From Acidobacteriota bacterium (GTDB lineage Bacteria; Acidobacteriota; CAIWXX01): a DNA stretch of 64,000 bases. This document shows positions 63,615 to 64,000 of the stretch, one piece after another. The DNA lies in assembly GCA_040755995.1 (NCBI GenBank), contig JBFMAF010000049.1, positions 96,001-160,000 of the forward strand, written 5' to 3'. The notes beneath the pieces were generated by a model. That model did not search any database. It was not told the DNA's origin and was given only the letters and a program-made list of their open reading frames with translations. The translations under genes were made by a program, and so were the position numbers. How positions within the stretch are numbered: the stretch's first letter is position 1; each line of letters opens with the position of its first letter.

Positions 63615-64000
63615 GTGAGTGCTACTACAGTCGTAGAAACGAATCTGGCCGGCGTGCGTCTGTTCCGTCGCGGCAAGGTGCGCGACGTTTACGAGCTGCC
63701 GCCGGACCGGCTGCTCATCGTGGCGACCGACCGCATCTCGGCCTTCGACGCCATTCTTCCCGCGCCGATACCCGACAAGGGCGTCGTGCTGAACCAGCTC
63801 TCGCTGTTCTGGTTCGAGTTGATGCGGGCGATCGTTCCGAATCACGTGGTCGAGAGCGACGCAGACCGTTTCCCGCCGCAACTCGCGCCGTATCGCGAGA
63901 TTCTCCGCGGGCGATCGGTGATCGTGCGCAAGGCCGAGGTCGTGCCGTTCGAGTGCGTGGTGCGCGGTTACCTGAGCGGGTCGGGCTGGAAGGAGTACCG
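63615..64000 (+). CDS. purC: SAICAR synthetase (partial, runs off the window)
   Basis: Manual translation: RGKVRDVY, VATDRISAFD, PDKG, ECVVRGYLSGSGWKEY. Confidence 0.96.
   Translation, partial: MSATTVVETNLAGVRLFRRGKVRDVYELPPDRLLIVATDRISAFDAILPAPIPDKGVVLNQLSLFWFELMRAIVPNHVVESDADRFPPQLAPYREILRGRSVIVRKAEVVPFECVVRGYLSGSGWKEY

Overview
GC-rich bacterial chromosomal segment. The OmpA, lptB, clade II nosZ and gene styles suggest a diderm, possibly Acidobacteriota-like lineage (inference only). Left part: tRNA(CAT)-tilS-[Rpn]-hpt-ftsH-folP, a frameshifted Ser/Thr kinase-TPR gene, a truncated AAA ATPase, TPR/RsbW/OmpA genes, an anti-sigma pair lacking its sigma gene, an RHS relic, etfBA and a rearranged fatty-acid cluster. 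Middle: a ~270-nt structured non-coding RNA with its own sigma70 promoter and terminator, assorted metabolic and signalling genes, an lsrF-like operon and grpE-dnaK-dnaJ. Right part: a ~11.6-kb sigma54-led operon joining a GltD/DsrL-like NAD(P)H flavin/Fe-S oxidoreductase, a Rieske/cytochrome b complex and a pentaheme cytochrome c to a clade II N2O reductase cluster (nosZ-B-D-F-L-Y), then purC. Main observations: the unassigned ncRNA, the flavoprotein-Rieske/b-Nos module, a family of 67-bp and 32-bp TA-flanked miniature inverted-repeat elements that appear to build promoters, and an intragenic Rpn antitoxin start. All calls were made by eye; no database searches were run.
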